Below, piece by piece: positions 1 through 12,519 of a DNA stretch of 64,000 nt. The number at the start of each line of letters is the position of its first letter. The first letter of the stretch is position 1. This DNA is from Eledone cirrhosa (taxonomy: Eukaryota): the NCBI GenBank assembly GCA_964016885.1, contig OZ024740.1:178188001-178252000 (forward strand), read 5' to 3'. The position numbers were made by a program, and so were the translations under genes. The notes beneath the pieces are model-generated. The model worked only from the letters and a program-made list of their open reading frames with translations, was not told the origin of the DNA and ran no database searches.

Positions 1-430
1 AAACTTTTATTGCCTCAACTGTTATGTTGTTTACCACATTTGTGCTTAATCATTGCTGCTTCTGTTAGTGTTTATATTTGTTTCAATTACCATTTTACAG
101 CTCCATTTTGTCTGCTTCAGATTTCTTTATTTGGAGAAATGTTTTAAAAACACACATTAACAAAGATTTATTTATTTATATATTCTTCATTATGTTATTT
201 GCGTATGTATTCCTTTATTACTAACAGAATACCCGGTATTACCCAGGCTGAAAATTAACTATAAATGTATCCGAATTGTACTTATTGAAGGCATATTTGA
301 TTTAATAGAACACTATTAGATTTCTTTTGAAAAGGTAACTATGATGTTATTGTTTTCAAAAGAGTTTATGGTATTCTTGTATCTAATTCCCTTTGCTACA
401 AATACACACTTAATAGGAATAGTATACTAT

Positions 431-695
431 CTATCTATGTAGGGCGGGTAAAATTCCTGAGATCCATGGACGAGTTCTCTCCAGCGGTCTCTGTCTCTCA
501 TCATCACTGCCATGTCCTGCGTCTCCAATAAACTAGTGTCTGTCCTGAGGGCATCAACATATGGTAACTTCGGTCTTCCTCTTCTAGTGTGTCCATGCAG
601 GGGCTCCCACAGGAGCACTGAGTGCAGTGTTAACTCTGGATGTCGGTGAGCATGTCCAGCTAACATCAGTCTCCTCTGTGTCACTTTTGAATGAG
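431..695 (-). mobile_element. 5'-truncated RTE-like LINE 3' end with 12-bp target-site duplication
   Basis: ORF 427-684 (RRLMLAGH...LLWEP.HG..RRGRPK..YVD) resembles an RTE ORF2 C-terminus. Short (ATAG)n tail. ATAGTATACTAT flanks both sides (419-430, 696-707). Confidence 0.75.
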
Positions 696-2124
696 ATAGT
701 ATACTATATGATTTAATTGTGTAAATCTCATATAGCTAATTTATGTATATTAAATTAAAAACAAAAGGTTAAGTGGAATTGAAAGCAGTTTAAAATTTTT
801 TTTTTTTTCTTGATAAACAGTAATTCTTAAAAGAATTTTTGAAATAAGTTGGTTGGAAACAAAGTCATTCTTATAAGGTATGGAAACTGGATGGCTTAGA
901 GTTAATCCAAGTATCTAAATATTGGATATGGCCAGGAAAAATAACTAAGAATTATGCTTATTCACAGATTTATGACATTCATTCTGTAACCTTCATCACA
1001 GCCTTCCAAATTCTTAAAACACTATTGACAACACCTCTTTTTTTTTTTTTTACCAATATTATAAATAAAAATACATTTTTTTGCCAGGGGAAGAGGGACC
1101 TCAAACTTCTGATCATCTTACATAAAATTGGCAATGAGTAAGTAAATTATGATTCCTGCTCATCTTTGTTTTCAAAGTAGTGGTGGATGTTGTAAGTGTG
1201 GGACATCTTCACTATGGTATTATTGATGAAAAAATCATTTACATTTCCATTTAAATATGATTTAAAAAAAAATTAATGATTAAATAAAAAATTAAATAAT
1301 TATCAGTCAAGTTGTGGTCAACATAAAGGACAGTTCTTTCCTACCAAAATGTCTGGTCTTGTGCCTATATAAAAATTTCAACAACGCAATTTTACACTAA
1401 AAATATACAAAACATACATCTTGACAGTTAAGGATGAACCAATAGCTTAAAAGAGAGTAGGGCTGTATTGAAGCGATAGGGAAAGAAAATACAACGAAGT
1501 AAAAATATGGGAATATGTGAGTGAATAGAAGTAAAAGGTGCTAATAATGTGTGAGAGGGAGAGATGGCCAGTAAGAGTTAGAATAGTAAAAGAAATTGAT
1601 CCTGCCCAGTATTGATAGTGGGGGGGAAAAGCGTTAGCTACATACAAACGAACAGGAATGATAGCAAAATGGGGGAAATGAACATGTGATGAGAAATATG
1701 TAGAGATGCTTAAAGTAGGCAATGGGCATGTTTTCGAGAAGTTCATATACTTGAAAATAAAAACGCAGAGATTCAATATAATGTATATTCAGCTTAATGT
1801 TTGAAATAAAGAATAAAGCATACTTATGTTCACATAATAAAGATAAATTCAATAGCGAGATTCAAACTCATTACATAAAAAGGGATCTTTAAATAATAAA
1901 CGAAACAAACAAAAATAACAATGCAGTCGAGAGTTAATGTACACATAGTTCGAATTTGTGTTCAATCAAATATTGACAAGTCGCTGTAAGCAACCAATCT
2001 TAGCACCCTGCTACTTGTTTCATATATTATGCAATAATACAATAGCAAAATTCAATTCAATTGAAAGTAGGTGTGATAAGATATATACAAAAATACAAGT
2101 TTAGTTGTATTTTTTCCTTATATA

Positions 2125-2223
2125 CAGGGTGTCTCAAAAATGTATACACACTTTGATTACCTGTACAGGCAATATTTATTAGAATGCTGTTGAAGTGTGT
2201 ATACATATTTTTGGGACGCACTG
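2125..2223. mobile_element. Tc1/mariner-type MITE
   Basis: TA-CAGGGTGTCTCAAAAATGTATACACACTT ... AAGTGTGTATACATATTTTTGGGACGCACTG-TA: imperfect TIRs with TA flanks. Confidence 0.7.
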
Positions 2224-2373
2224 TATATACAGCACGGCTTTCCATTCGACGATTTCTGAATATAAATAGTTACCTAGTGATTTAACTGAGGATATTTCCA
2301 AATTAATGTTGAAAATAAAGATATTTCAAGTTCGTTATAGGTTTCAATAAAGGAATTAAAAGAAGAAAACCGG

Positions 2374-2450
2374 ACACTGGCAGGTATTGGATCGAACCCA
2401 TGGCATTCGCATTATCAATTCGATGCTCTAATTACCAGTGCACACCGGAT
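2374..2450 (-). repeat. degenerate tRNA-like sequence (probable SINE head)
   Basis: Minus strand has an A-box-like CTGGTAATTAGAGC and B-box GGTTCGATCC, but a poor acceptor stem. Confidence 0.4.
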
Positions 2451-2722
2451 TTGCATTGTTTATATATATATATAAAGGTACTCAATACTAGCGTATTGAG
2501 TACCTTTTTAAACTGTGGTCACCTATCAGGACACACACACATATATATATATATAATGTATTGGTGTGTAAGGTTTAGTTACGGATGGTTAACCAGTTTG
2601 AGTACTTATATGTGGGCCAGGCTACCGACATGGAATTCTACGTTTGGTATTTCGCCATTATCGGTATACTAAAGAAGCTGAGTATTAATAATAATATCAA
2701 TATAACATCATAATGTTTATTC

Positions 2723-2813
2723 ACACGTGACGCGCGTTTCACGATCGATTAGCTCAAGGTAAGATCAGTAGAGATCGGGGTGGACTCTGGATTCGATACT
2801 TCATCAGACTTGT
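2723..2813 (-). ncRNA. type I hammerhead ribozyme motif (PLE pLTR)
   Basis: RC: ACAAGU CUGAUGA [long stem II] GAAAC GCGC GUC ACGUGU. Stem I pairs 5/6, stem III is palindromic, and AATAAA follows immediately. Confidence 0.7.
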
Positions 2814-3644
2814 CTGGTGATCCTGTGAGTACATAAGTGAAACTTTAGAGTAACAAGACTCATCACTTAGTCATGATAGAGAATATATATGTTATATATA
2901 TATCCATACACTTACATCCTTTACACATGTATACGTGCGTACATACACGCACATATGAAACGTCCAACTGACGATGAAGCTGATAAAATTAACGTGAAAA
3001 ACGACAACATAAATAGTAAAGAACAGAAAATTACCATCAATAGCTACGAGGCTAAGTGAATAAAACCAACACTACCAAAAGCAATAAATGAACCAAGACA
3101 AATTAAATTTCGAGAGAAAAGGAAAGAAATACAGACATAATAAAATACATGTAATGATGCTATCTGAAAATAGAGATAAAAACTCGGCCGGTATTTATAC
3201 GCTAGGATCTCATATACGTAATATAGTGAGCTGAAAAACTTTAATTAACTGAGATTATATACGTAATTACTAGACAAATATTCTCTCCAAGAGTGTTAAA
3301 AGAAACGATGGAGATAACACCTATAGAATCATTTAATTAAAACTTTTAGAAAATATTAAAAAAACAAACAACATACAGTATGAAAGTAGGAATCACAACT
3401 ACGATACAGGTATATCAACCAGCGATACGTTAAGTAATGATGCAATTTTAGAAATACTGTCTAAATAACTGAATAAGATATGGAGATATTCACTGGTGGA
3501 GCATCTTTGACATATCACTATATGATCTGTGTTGACCTGAAGCCGGACTATAAGATCAACAATGTCGCCAATATCAGCATTAGAAAATCATAAATGTGAA
3601 ATAATCAGAAGGCTAAGAAAAGTGTGTATTATATAACAAGCAAG

Positions 3645-4292
3645 GGTAGTCGATTGGCAGAATCGGTAGATCGTCGGAGAAAATTCTTTGCGGCATATAG
3701 TTACTGCCCTTTACGTTCTGAGTTCAAATCCCTCCGAGATTAGCTTTGCCTTTCATCCTTTCGGAGTTGATAAAATAAAATAGCAGTAACGCACTGATAC
3801 TTTTTATCGGCGTTCCCCTCCTCGCAGATTCTTGGCCGTTGTGCCTAAATCAGAAACCATTATATAAGAAACAAGGAAAACTGTAAAAATCATAGTGTCG
3901 GACACCCTGTTTAGTGGCATAGAGTTATGGTCCTTTACGTTCTGAGTTCAAATATCGTCGAGGTTAGCTTTGCCTTTCATCCTTACGGGGTTGATAAAAC
4001 AAAGTACCAATAATGCACTGGAGTCGATTTAAACGAAAATTACCGGCCTTGTGCCAATTGTAGAATCAATTTTAATCTCTTTTAATTTGCACTACATACG
4101 GTTAACGTAACATTAATACGCAGAGAAAGTAATAGAGAGAAGGAATTCAAAATAAATTACAATAAAATAATTGTTTCTACTTTAGGCACAAGGCCAGCAA
4201 TTACCCAGTGCATTACTGGTACTTTATTTTATCGACCCCGTAAGGATGAAAGGCAAAGTCAACCTCGGCGGGATTTGAACTCAGATCGTAAA
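3645..4292. mobile_element. cluster of three tRNA-derived SINE copies (two +, one -)
   Basis: Shared body CTGAGTTCAAATCCCGCCGAGGTT...GCCTTTCATCCTTACGGGGTCGATAAAAT...GGCCTTGTGCCTAAA. Copies at about 3645-3862 (+), 3895-4070 (+), 4170-4292 (-). Confidence 0.8.
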
Positions 4293-5136
4293 GAAAATAA
4301 TGTAATTTGATTGATGCATTTCTTTTGATTAAGTATTAACGAATGCTTGGCTAAATGATAAATATAGGGTGGCCTCTGAAAGACTGAATGATATAAAACA
4401 AAAATATCTTTTACAAACACATGGTTTATTATATTTTTTATTATTTTATTTGGAAATATAAGTAATGAATTTTTTTCAGTATTCTGTGTGAAAAACAACA
4501 AGGGATGCTCTATAACCTGCAAAAAAAGAAAATTAAAAAGATTGAAAACGAACAAGTGTTTCAGTGGCTCCTGCAAACGTATTCAAAGAAAATGAGATAC
4601 TTTGTGTCTTGAAGAGAAATGATAGTAAAAGAAATTGTTGGAGCAAATACCTAACGAAAATACGAATCTGCCAGACATCAGCCTGAGAAGAATTTAGGAG
4701 ATTCTTCAAGGGCTGGAATTTTTCATCGGGTTATATAACATGCTACCACGTGACTGAAACATCAAAAGTATTCTAAAACAAAAACACAGTTGGACATAGA
4801 ATGTTGATATATAAGTCGACAGGTTAATATATTCAACGAAATGCATCAATCAAGGGACAAATAAATCATTTACAGAGAAAAGGAGAAAGCTAATCCACTT
4901 TTTTAGAGTCTAGGGCGAGTCTATTCAATATAAAACAACAACAACAAAATTATTACATTTCAAACATCTGTATGTAATAATACAATACTAAATAAACGTT
5001 CAACACAAAAATCCGCAAATATCTATCTAGTATTTTCACTGCTTATAAAAAAAATCATAGGAGACTCTCGGATGTTTATTATACATAAGCATATTATACA
5101 TGTTTTCATTATCCTTAGGAAGCAGTGTTAATAATA

Positions 5137-5285
5137 ATGGTTTCTTATATAGGCACAAGGCCAGCAATTTTTGGGGAGAGGAAAGTCGATTAAATTGACC
5201 CAGTGCATTACTGGTAATTTATTTTATCGATCGCGTAAGAATGCTAACCTCGGCGGGATTTGAACTCAGAACGTATAGGGTGGTA
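5137..5285 (-). mobile_element. SINE copy (same family)
   Basis: Reverse complement of the SINE body (GGCACAAGGCCAGCAA...CCTCGGCGGGATTTGAACTCAGA). Confidence 0.75.
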
Positions 5286-5343
5286 ACAATGATAATAATT
5301 AGCAGAAGGAACGAAGCATCAATATAACATCATTATGTTTATT

Positions 5344-5435
5344 CACATGCGACGCACGTTTTTCGATGATAAGCTCAAGGTACGATCGAAATCGATCGGG
5401 CTCGACTCTGGAATCGATAGTTCACCAGACTTGTG
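5344..5435 (-). ncRNA. degenerate hammerhead motif, same family as 2723-2813
   Basis: RC: CACAAGU CUGGUGA ... GAAAAAC GUGC GUC GCAUGUG followed by AATAAA. Core is mutated. Confidence 0.5.
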
Positions 5436-6539
5436 GGTTCCTTTATTGAGCAAAATTGGTATCTGTTGGACTCCCTCATATGTATGTCTCTACTGGTGTA
5501 TATATGTATATATCTTTTTTTCTTTAATCTATTTTTCCTTAATCAGATGAAAGATATAGATCTAAGGTTTATAATTCATTTTTACCAGTTTCACTTGAGT
5601 AAGATAACCAATGCAAATAATAATTTACTTATGGTTATTTTTTATGGAAACCACCTTATGTATATTGTGTACTTGGGTGGTCGGGTTAGAATAGTGTTCA
5701 AAAAGCCAGGATTTAATTAGTTCAATAAAAATTTCTACAAACTTTTTTCTATTCAAATAAAAACACAGATAACAGTGTGTGTGAGTGTGTATGAATTAGG
5801 TATTATTTTCATTCATTTTTCTATTTTACCTTTTCCTTGACTAACAGTCTACTTAGTCATTTACACATCCACTCCTTAGTTTCGTATTCTGCGCATTTCT
5901 CCTGCTAAGCTATCTCTTCGATAAGTATTAATTTATAGTTTTAACAACATTATTTTACTATCATACTTCAAACGTCTGGTCTTCTAAGTAATTAATCCTT
6001 ATCGATTATATACTTACACTTATTTGCATTTAAAATCTCCCTAATGTTAGATGCAAGTAAATTCAAACTTTGCTCATCAATAATTACATTCTGCGCTGTG
6101 CATGTGTTATCACTGATCTCTCTCTCTCTCTATATATATATATACATATACACACACACACACACACACCACAAATATCCTCTTTTACTCAAAAAGGATT
6201 TTGTTTTGAATCATTAATGTATCTTATCTAAAACGTTCTTTGTGAAAACTTACCACAAAGTAAATTAACTTAACTTATCTCCTCTTGTATATTTTACTTG
6301 GTTCCCTTTTTATTAATTCCTGCTAAGATTTAAATTTACTTTGCCTTATAACACAATATATTTATCTACACTTGATTGAATAACAGTTTTATTTTTAACT
6401 TCTCTCATTTTAAATATTTTATTTGCATGTTGCCATTCTTTATTTTCCTTAACACCTACTGCTTAACATACATACATAAAAAAGTGACTATCTCAGCCAA
6501 AAATAAATTTATTGGAAAAATAGAAAGTGGCATAAAGAT

Positions 6540-7500
6540 TAAAACAAATTCACTCGAAGCCACTTTCAGCATCCATGGTGTCCCTAGGGAGAGCCTCAAA
6601 TGCCTTCTTAATCCTCTCAATCTGTTGGGTGTTGGTGTTACTGGTAGTGCGGTTGGTGTCTTTCTCAACCGCGGCCCACACACAATAATCTATAGGATTG
6701 CAATTAGGCGAGTGGGGGTAGGGGGGAAAATGTTGGGGTTGGTGAAGCCGTAAAAATTCTCTGACAATCGCTTTTATGTCTTCTCAGAGATATGACAGGG
6801 AGCTGAATCTTGCTGCCATACATATGGTCTTTCAGAAGCCACCCTCTCCAACCAAGGCTTAACCACGGTAATCAGCAATTCCACATAGCCAGTCGAATTA
6901 CGCCTCAGACCCTGTTCAAAGATGTGAAGTGGCATGACATTATCCTCATTGGCGACTCCCAAAAACAATTACAGTTTGGGGAAACTTGTTCTTCATGATA
7001 CGAGGAACGTCATATGGATTGTAGGCAAGCCGTCTATTATATTCTGGTCCGGACAAAAATTCTTTTCATCAGAGAAGAACCAGATTGTTCAACAGGATGT
7101 TTCACTCTGTTCAAGAGTTTGTTGCTGTTGTCAGACGGTTTTCTCGAGCTTTTTCTGTAAGAAGTTGGCCTTTACGCCTCATGTATGAGTGGTAACGGAG
7201 GTCCTCATTCAAGGCCAGCTTCATGGTGGAAGCTGAAACACCCATTCCCGCGCTAAAGTTGGCATTCCCTTGCCTGGGTGTTCCATCATTTCTCCTGGAT
7301 AAATTCTGGTGTACAGAGGCAATGAAAAAATCTCTGCCGTTCCTTCGTACAAGCCATGGCCTCGTAGTCTCCGTTTGCAGCTTTTCAGTTGACTTCTTAT
7401 GGTTTTCACAGTATTCAAGGAACATTGAGCAGCGGTCATTATTGCGGAATGCCCTGCATGAATAATCATGATACAGGTTAACCTTTTCCAATATTCAGGT
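6540..7500 (-). pseudogene. Tc1/mariner-superfamily (maT/DD37D-like) transposase remnant
   Basis: Frameshifted fragments: FFSDEKNF, VMP.HIFEQGLR.N..GY...VKPW...YVWQQDSAPCH, NPIDYCVW. Confidence 0.8.
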
Positions 7501-7638
7501 GGTTTCCATTAGGCCATTTCAATTAGCCTTGACATCTTTAAAACTGCAGCGATTAGGTTTCACAATGCCGTTAACTTTTCACAGATATAAAGGTATATTT
7601 GAAGAAAAAAAAAAAAAAAAAAAATATATATAGTATAT

Positions 7639-7755
7639 GCGTGTGGCTGAGTGGTTAGAGAATTGGATTCACAATCTTGAGGTTGTGAGTTCGATTCCTG
7701 GACCGGGCGATGCGTTATCTCCTTGAGCAAGACACTTTATTTCAAGTTGCTCCTT
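7639..7755 (+). mobile_element. second tRNA-derived SINE family (5' part)
   Basis: A-box TGGCTGAGTGG and B-box GAGTTCGATTCC, followed by CCTTGAGCAAGACACTT. A related degenerate copy lies at about 50270-50370. Confidence 0.65.
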
Positions 7756-7890
7756 CTACCTAGAGTTGCGACCGATAGATAGTATTAGCAACTGGAAAGA
7801 CCAACAGAAACATTGTTTCCTCGGTCCGATTTGACGAAAGTCAATCGATCCTTCATATATATATTAGACTCTATCAAATGTATCCCGAAC

Positions 7891-7968
<78 letters not shown>

Positions 7969-8073
7969 TATTGAAATTTGCGTTGAAAACAGAAAAGGTC
8001 ATAGAAGTGAAGAGTGCTCTATGTAAGTACCAGAGCAAAATTTAATGTATAAAAACCAATACAATATAATTAC

Positions 8074-8141
8074 CTCATTACCAGAGGTTTCCCGAATGAG
8101 GCGAATACGAAAGAAACGTCTTCATTCGTTCGTCAGACGAG
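8074..8141 (-). ncRNA. type I hammerhead ribozyme motif
   Basis: RC: CUCGU CUGACGA A-CGAAUGA...UCAUUCG-G GAAAC CUCUG GUA AUGAG. All three stems pair; cleavage triplet GUA. Confidence 0.8.
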
Positions 8142-8186
8142 CCAATATAAAACATGGCTAAATACTTGGAAAGTCTCACCAAGAAA

Positions 8187-8234
<48 letters not shown>

Positions 8235-8236
8235 GT

Positions 8237-9727
8237 AACGAAGGAAATGTGGTAAGGAACCAGATGGACCATAACGCACCAAAGTACTCAATACTTAGGG
8301 TAGTAGAGTGGATAATAGGAACGAGTAGGTCCCCGACGGCTGAGCTCAAGCCGTTTCGACGACTAATTCTGGACTAAATGAACATTTTTATCCTGGTACA
8401 TGAATAGCCGAGCTTCTCAGGGGGTAATTCCGTATATGGTAAAAGTGATTGTCACATCTGGGACCTCAAAGATAACAATATAACCTATGATCTCACTTGG
8501 AGCTTACTGTCCAGAGCCAACTCTTACACGGGAGGACGCCGTCCGTGTAATTTATGCTCGGAGGAAACATTACAAATGTTGTTTTCGACGGACCAATTCC
8601 TAAATAAGAAAGACGAACTGGTAACTGCATGCAAACACAGATTGCGTAGGACTTACGTCGCCCTCAAACTCCATAATGACCCGGGGGGGGGGGGGGGGCG
8701 GTAGACAAGGGCTGTAACACCCCACTTGCCGACTTTGTATTGGGTAACCCCTGCTTGCAAAGGTAGACGTAAGATTTTCTTATATATTTTTTATCGTTTC
8801 CTCTATATTTCCTTATTCCCCCACCCCTTCCTAGTCCTCCCACCCCAGTTCTCCTTCTTTGTCGTCGTCCTTTTCACTTTCTCGCCCACCCCGAGGCAGC
8901 CCTTCGGTCCTTTGTAGCCTCACTGGGTGGGATTCTGAATTAATTTTTCGTATTAAATCTTTCATATATATTGTACGAGCATTTATGTAGTTTGTATTAG
9001 AATTTATGTATTGTAGCGGTACTCTTATATATCGTATTAGTATTCATTTTCGGGATTCTGAATTATTATTTCGTATTACTTTCGGGACTCTGAATTATTA
9101 TTTCGTAGTAGTTTCTTTAGTATTTTGGCCCCCTACTTGTTGACCTGTCACTGTAAGATAGATTTGGACGATTACTACTAACTCATAAAATTCTTTCACT
9201 GCAATCTCGTATTTAGTATTCCGTCCCACCTATTAAACTTTTCTATAGTTTAGCAGTACCAGTGAGAGACTTGATGATTGTGGTAGGGGAATAGTAACCA
9301 GAAATTGTTTTTTTAAAAATATTTTTAACATTCTTATTATTCTTCTATATATTTACTCCATATTGATTTACTTATTGTTTCGACTTCCTCCCCCTCCCCC
9401 TCCCTAGTATACTTCTCTTGACCTCTTATCCTTAGGATTCTGCTGTAGTTGGCACTATCAACGCACGACTGGGTTTCCTCCACTCCCTCTCACTCTTTCT
9501 TCTACATCCAAGTTCAACTACCCCTTCCTTCCACAAAATGCCATGATAGAATTATGTGTCTCAACAACAAACTTTTGACCAATCCTTGTGACAATCTCTT
9601 TTACCATATATGGAATTACACCCTGAGAAGCTCGGCTATTCATGTACCAGGATAAAAATGTTCATTTAGTCCAGAATTAGCCGTGGAAACGGCTAGAGCT
9701 CAGCCGTCGGGGTCCTACTCGTTCCTA
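8237..9727 (+). mobile_element. 5'-truncated Penelope-like element with inverted pLTR
   Basis: 8237-8455 is an antisense pLTR matching 9584-9727. 8453-8680 encodes HIWDLKDNNITYDLTWSLL..CNLCSEE..LNKKDELVTACKHR (PLE GIY-YIG C-terminus). HHR-like motif at 9619-9713 (+) and 8331-8424 (-). (TA)n on both flanks. Confidence 0.8.
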
Positions 9728-9831
9728 TATATATATATTAAAGTGTTAAACAATATTCAATGAGTATGTCAAAGAATGAGTTTTATAGTAGATTGGAAGC
9801 ACACTACGGAAAAAAATTTCCGGTGTTATTA

Positions 9832-10137
9832 ATATTAAAATACAAATATTAATAAAATAGAAGTTCTTTTGATCAATTACATTTTATTATACATATTTCG
9901 GATGTACAACAGTACGTCCTCATCAGTCAAAATATAATGATACATGACATACCCTGAGATGTTAAATGATTAAGATTTAATCAAGGTATTAAATCTTAAC
10001 CATTTAACATCTCAGGGTATGTCATGTATCATTATATTTTGTCTGATGAGGACGTACTGTTGTACATCCGAAATATGTATAATAAAATGTAATTGATCAA
10101 AAGAACTTCTATTTTATTAATATTTGTATTTTAATAT
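9832..10137. repeat. fold-back palindrome (about 150-bp arms, 6-nt loop) with a hammerhead in each arm
   Basis: Arms 9832-9981 and 9988-10137. + HHR 10031-10093: AUUAUAUUUUGU CUGAUGA GGACGUAC UGUU GUACAUCC GAAA U AUGU AUA AUAAAAUGUAAU. - copy at 9876-9938. Confidence 0.85.
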
Positions 10138-10290
10138 ATATATATATGTATTGTATTGTTAAGGTAATTCAATGTCTGAGTCAAACATTTGGATTTCTTA
10201 AGTTGTTTGATTTCATGGCTTCTTTTAGTGTCACGTGTAGATGATAAACATAATGATGTTATATTGATACTTCGTTCTTGCTCTTTATTG

Positions 10291-10370
<80 letters not shown>

Positions 10371-10634
10371 TATATATATGTGTGTGTGTGTTTGTGCACA
10401 TCTATCGTGATATGTTCTCTGTCATATATGCAGTGAACACATAATTAACCTGTTGCACCTCTATAACCCACAACGCTGATGTTCACAAATTGCAGTATCA
10501 GATAAGAAATAAATTACTGTTTACAGCTTAAGTTGGGTATATCGAATTCCTATATATATTAGAGCATCAAATCTCTTTCTCAACCCCGCTCTATATCACT
10601 TTATATATATACGTATATACATACACACACACAC

Positions 10635-10695
<61 letters not shown>

Positions 10696-10696
10696 A

Positions 10697-10766
<70 letters not shown>

Positions 10767-10821
10767 CGTGCATACCGCCATATATATACACAGGCACAAA
10801 CTCCTACATACATACATACTT

Positions 10822-10880
<59 letters not shown>

Positions 10881-11014
10881 CACACACACCACACATACAC
10901 ACACATATATATGTAAGCATATATATATAGTAATAATAATAATAGGTGGTTCAGTAGAATCGTGGTTTACTGAGGCGGGTACCAAAATCAGCACGCTATA
11001 CTAAATCAGAGTGC

Positions 11015-11330
11015 ATATATTGAAAACAAAGCGAGGTTTCACATTAAGGTGACCTTAATGCATAATCGATAAAGACCTTAATAAGGACTTTATTGATTAT
11101 AGATAGTTACTACCGTTTTAAAATGGGTGCCTCACAATATATATTAATGCTATTGACCCGACTCAGATGAGATTTTGGCTTTGCTTGATTAACAAGTCTG
11201 AAGAGCAGATCAGGCTGGAGTCGGGTATTTAGCATTAATATCGATTCTAAGCCACCTATCTATGAAAAGGTCGTAACTATGTATAATCAATAAAGACCTT
11301 AATGTGAAGCCTCGCTTTGTTTTCAATATA
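11015..11330. repeat. inverted-repeat element next to (TA)n
   Basis: ATATATTGAAAACAAAGCGAGG..CACATTAAGGT matches ACCTTAATGTG..CCTCGCTTTGTTTTCAATATA. Internal stem ACCCGACTC/GAGTCGGGT. Confidence 0.65.
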
Positions 11331-11340
11331 TATATATATA

Positions 11341-11657
11341 ACGAAGGAGGTGTGGTAAGGAATCAGATGGACCATAAAGCACCAAAGTACTCAATACTTA
11401 GGGTAGTGGAGTGTGTAATAGGAAAATGTCTAACCCCGACGCCAGAGCTCAAGCCGTTTCGACGGCTATTTCTGGACTGAATTAAATTTTTATTACCACG
11501 CTAAAAATTTTAATTTAGTCCAGAAATGGCCGTCGAAACCGCTTGAGCTCTTCCGTCGGGGTTAAACATTTTCCTGTTACCCACTCTACTACTCTAAGTA
11601 TTGAGTACTCTGGTGCGTTATGGTCCATCTGGTTCCTTACCACACACCTCCGTCGTT
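11341..11657. repeat. fold-back of the pLTR family seen at 8237-8455
   Basis: About 150-bp imperfect arms homologous to 8237-8390. Only the 3' half of the HHR remains (GAAAC...GUCGGGG). (TA)n on both sides. Confidence 0.8.
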
Positions 11658-11699
11658 ATATATATATATATATATATATATATACTCGTATATATATAT

Positions 11700-12463
11700 A
11701 TATATATAAAAACATGAGAAGAAAGAAGAATACTGCGTGGTTTCACATGGGTTACATATGATAAAAATAGTCCTTCGTCAGTGATTTTCCAACCATCATT
11801 GGTATTTCATCGCATTAAAAATCATATACCTCAGGTTGGTGCGAGCAATAACTAAAAAAAGTTATTGGGACCAGTAAATCGCGTAAAGCGAGGGGGACAA
11901 GTGAACAACATAGAAGGATAAAAGCAAACCAAAGAAAGGAAAAATCAAGCAACATGGTAGTCCTGGTCAGCAAAAGCTGGGTGGATTTCATGAGCAAAAG
12001 GTACAGACGTCCAACGTGAGTGAGATGTAAGCAAGAAGAGACCTACTGTAAGCCAAACGGGAGGAAGAGAGAAGGGGAGAAACAGAGAGTGAGTGATTGG
12101 ATGTGCGAGGAAGCGGTCAGTCGAGAGAAAGTGTAACTGACAGAGGGGGCAAAAGAAGGTGAGAGAAACAGAGAGAACGGGGAAGCAGTAAGAGAGAAAC
12201 AGATAAACGCAGCCGTGGTAAATATATATAAAAAACATGAGAAGAAAGAAGAATACTGCCTGGTTGCACATGGGTTACATATGATAAAAATAGTCCTTCG
12301 TCAGTGATTTTCCAACCATCATTGGTATTTCATCGCATTAAAAATCATATACCTCAGGTTGGTGCGAGCAATAACTAAAAAAAGCTATTGGGACCAGTAA
12401 ATCGCGTAAAACGAGGGGGACAAGTGAACACCATAGAAGGATAAAAGCAAACCAAAGAAAGGA
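11700..12463 (-). mobile_element. PLE-like fragment with two direct pLTR-like repeats
   Basis: 11700-11942 and 12222-12463 are nearly identical and flank a tract that is CT-rich on the minus strand. They contain CUGACGAAGGACU on the minus strand and are related to 21551-21720. Confidence 0.6.
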
Positions 12464-12519
12464 ATATATATATATATATATATATAAATGAAATGTTTAC
12501 CTTTTACATACATATATAT

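Noticed and set aside
2374-2450. Possible tRNA-Ile gene
   Set aside because: The cloverleaf stems do not pair adequately; more likely a SINE head.
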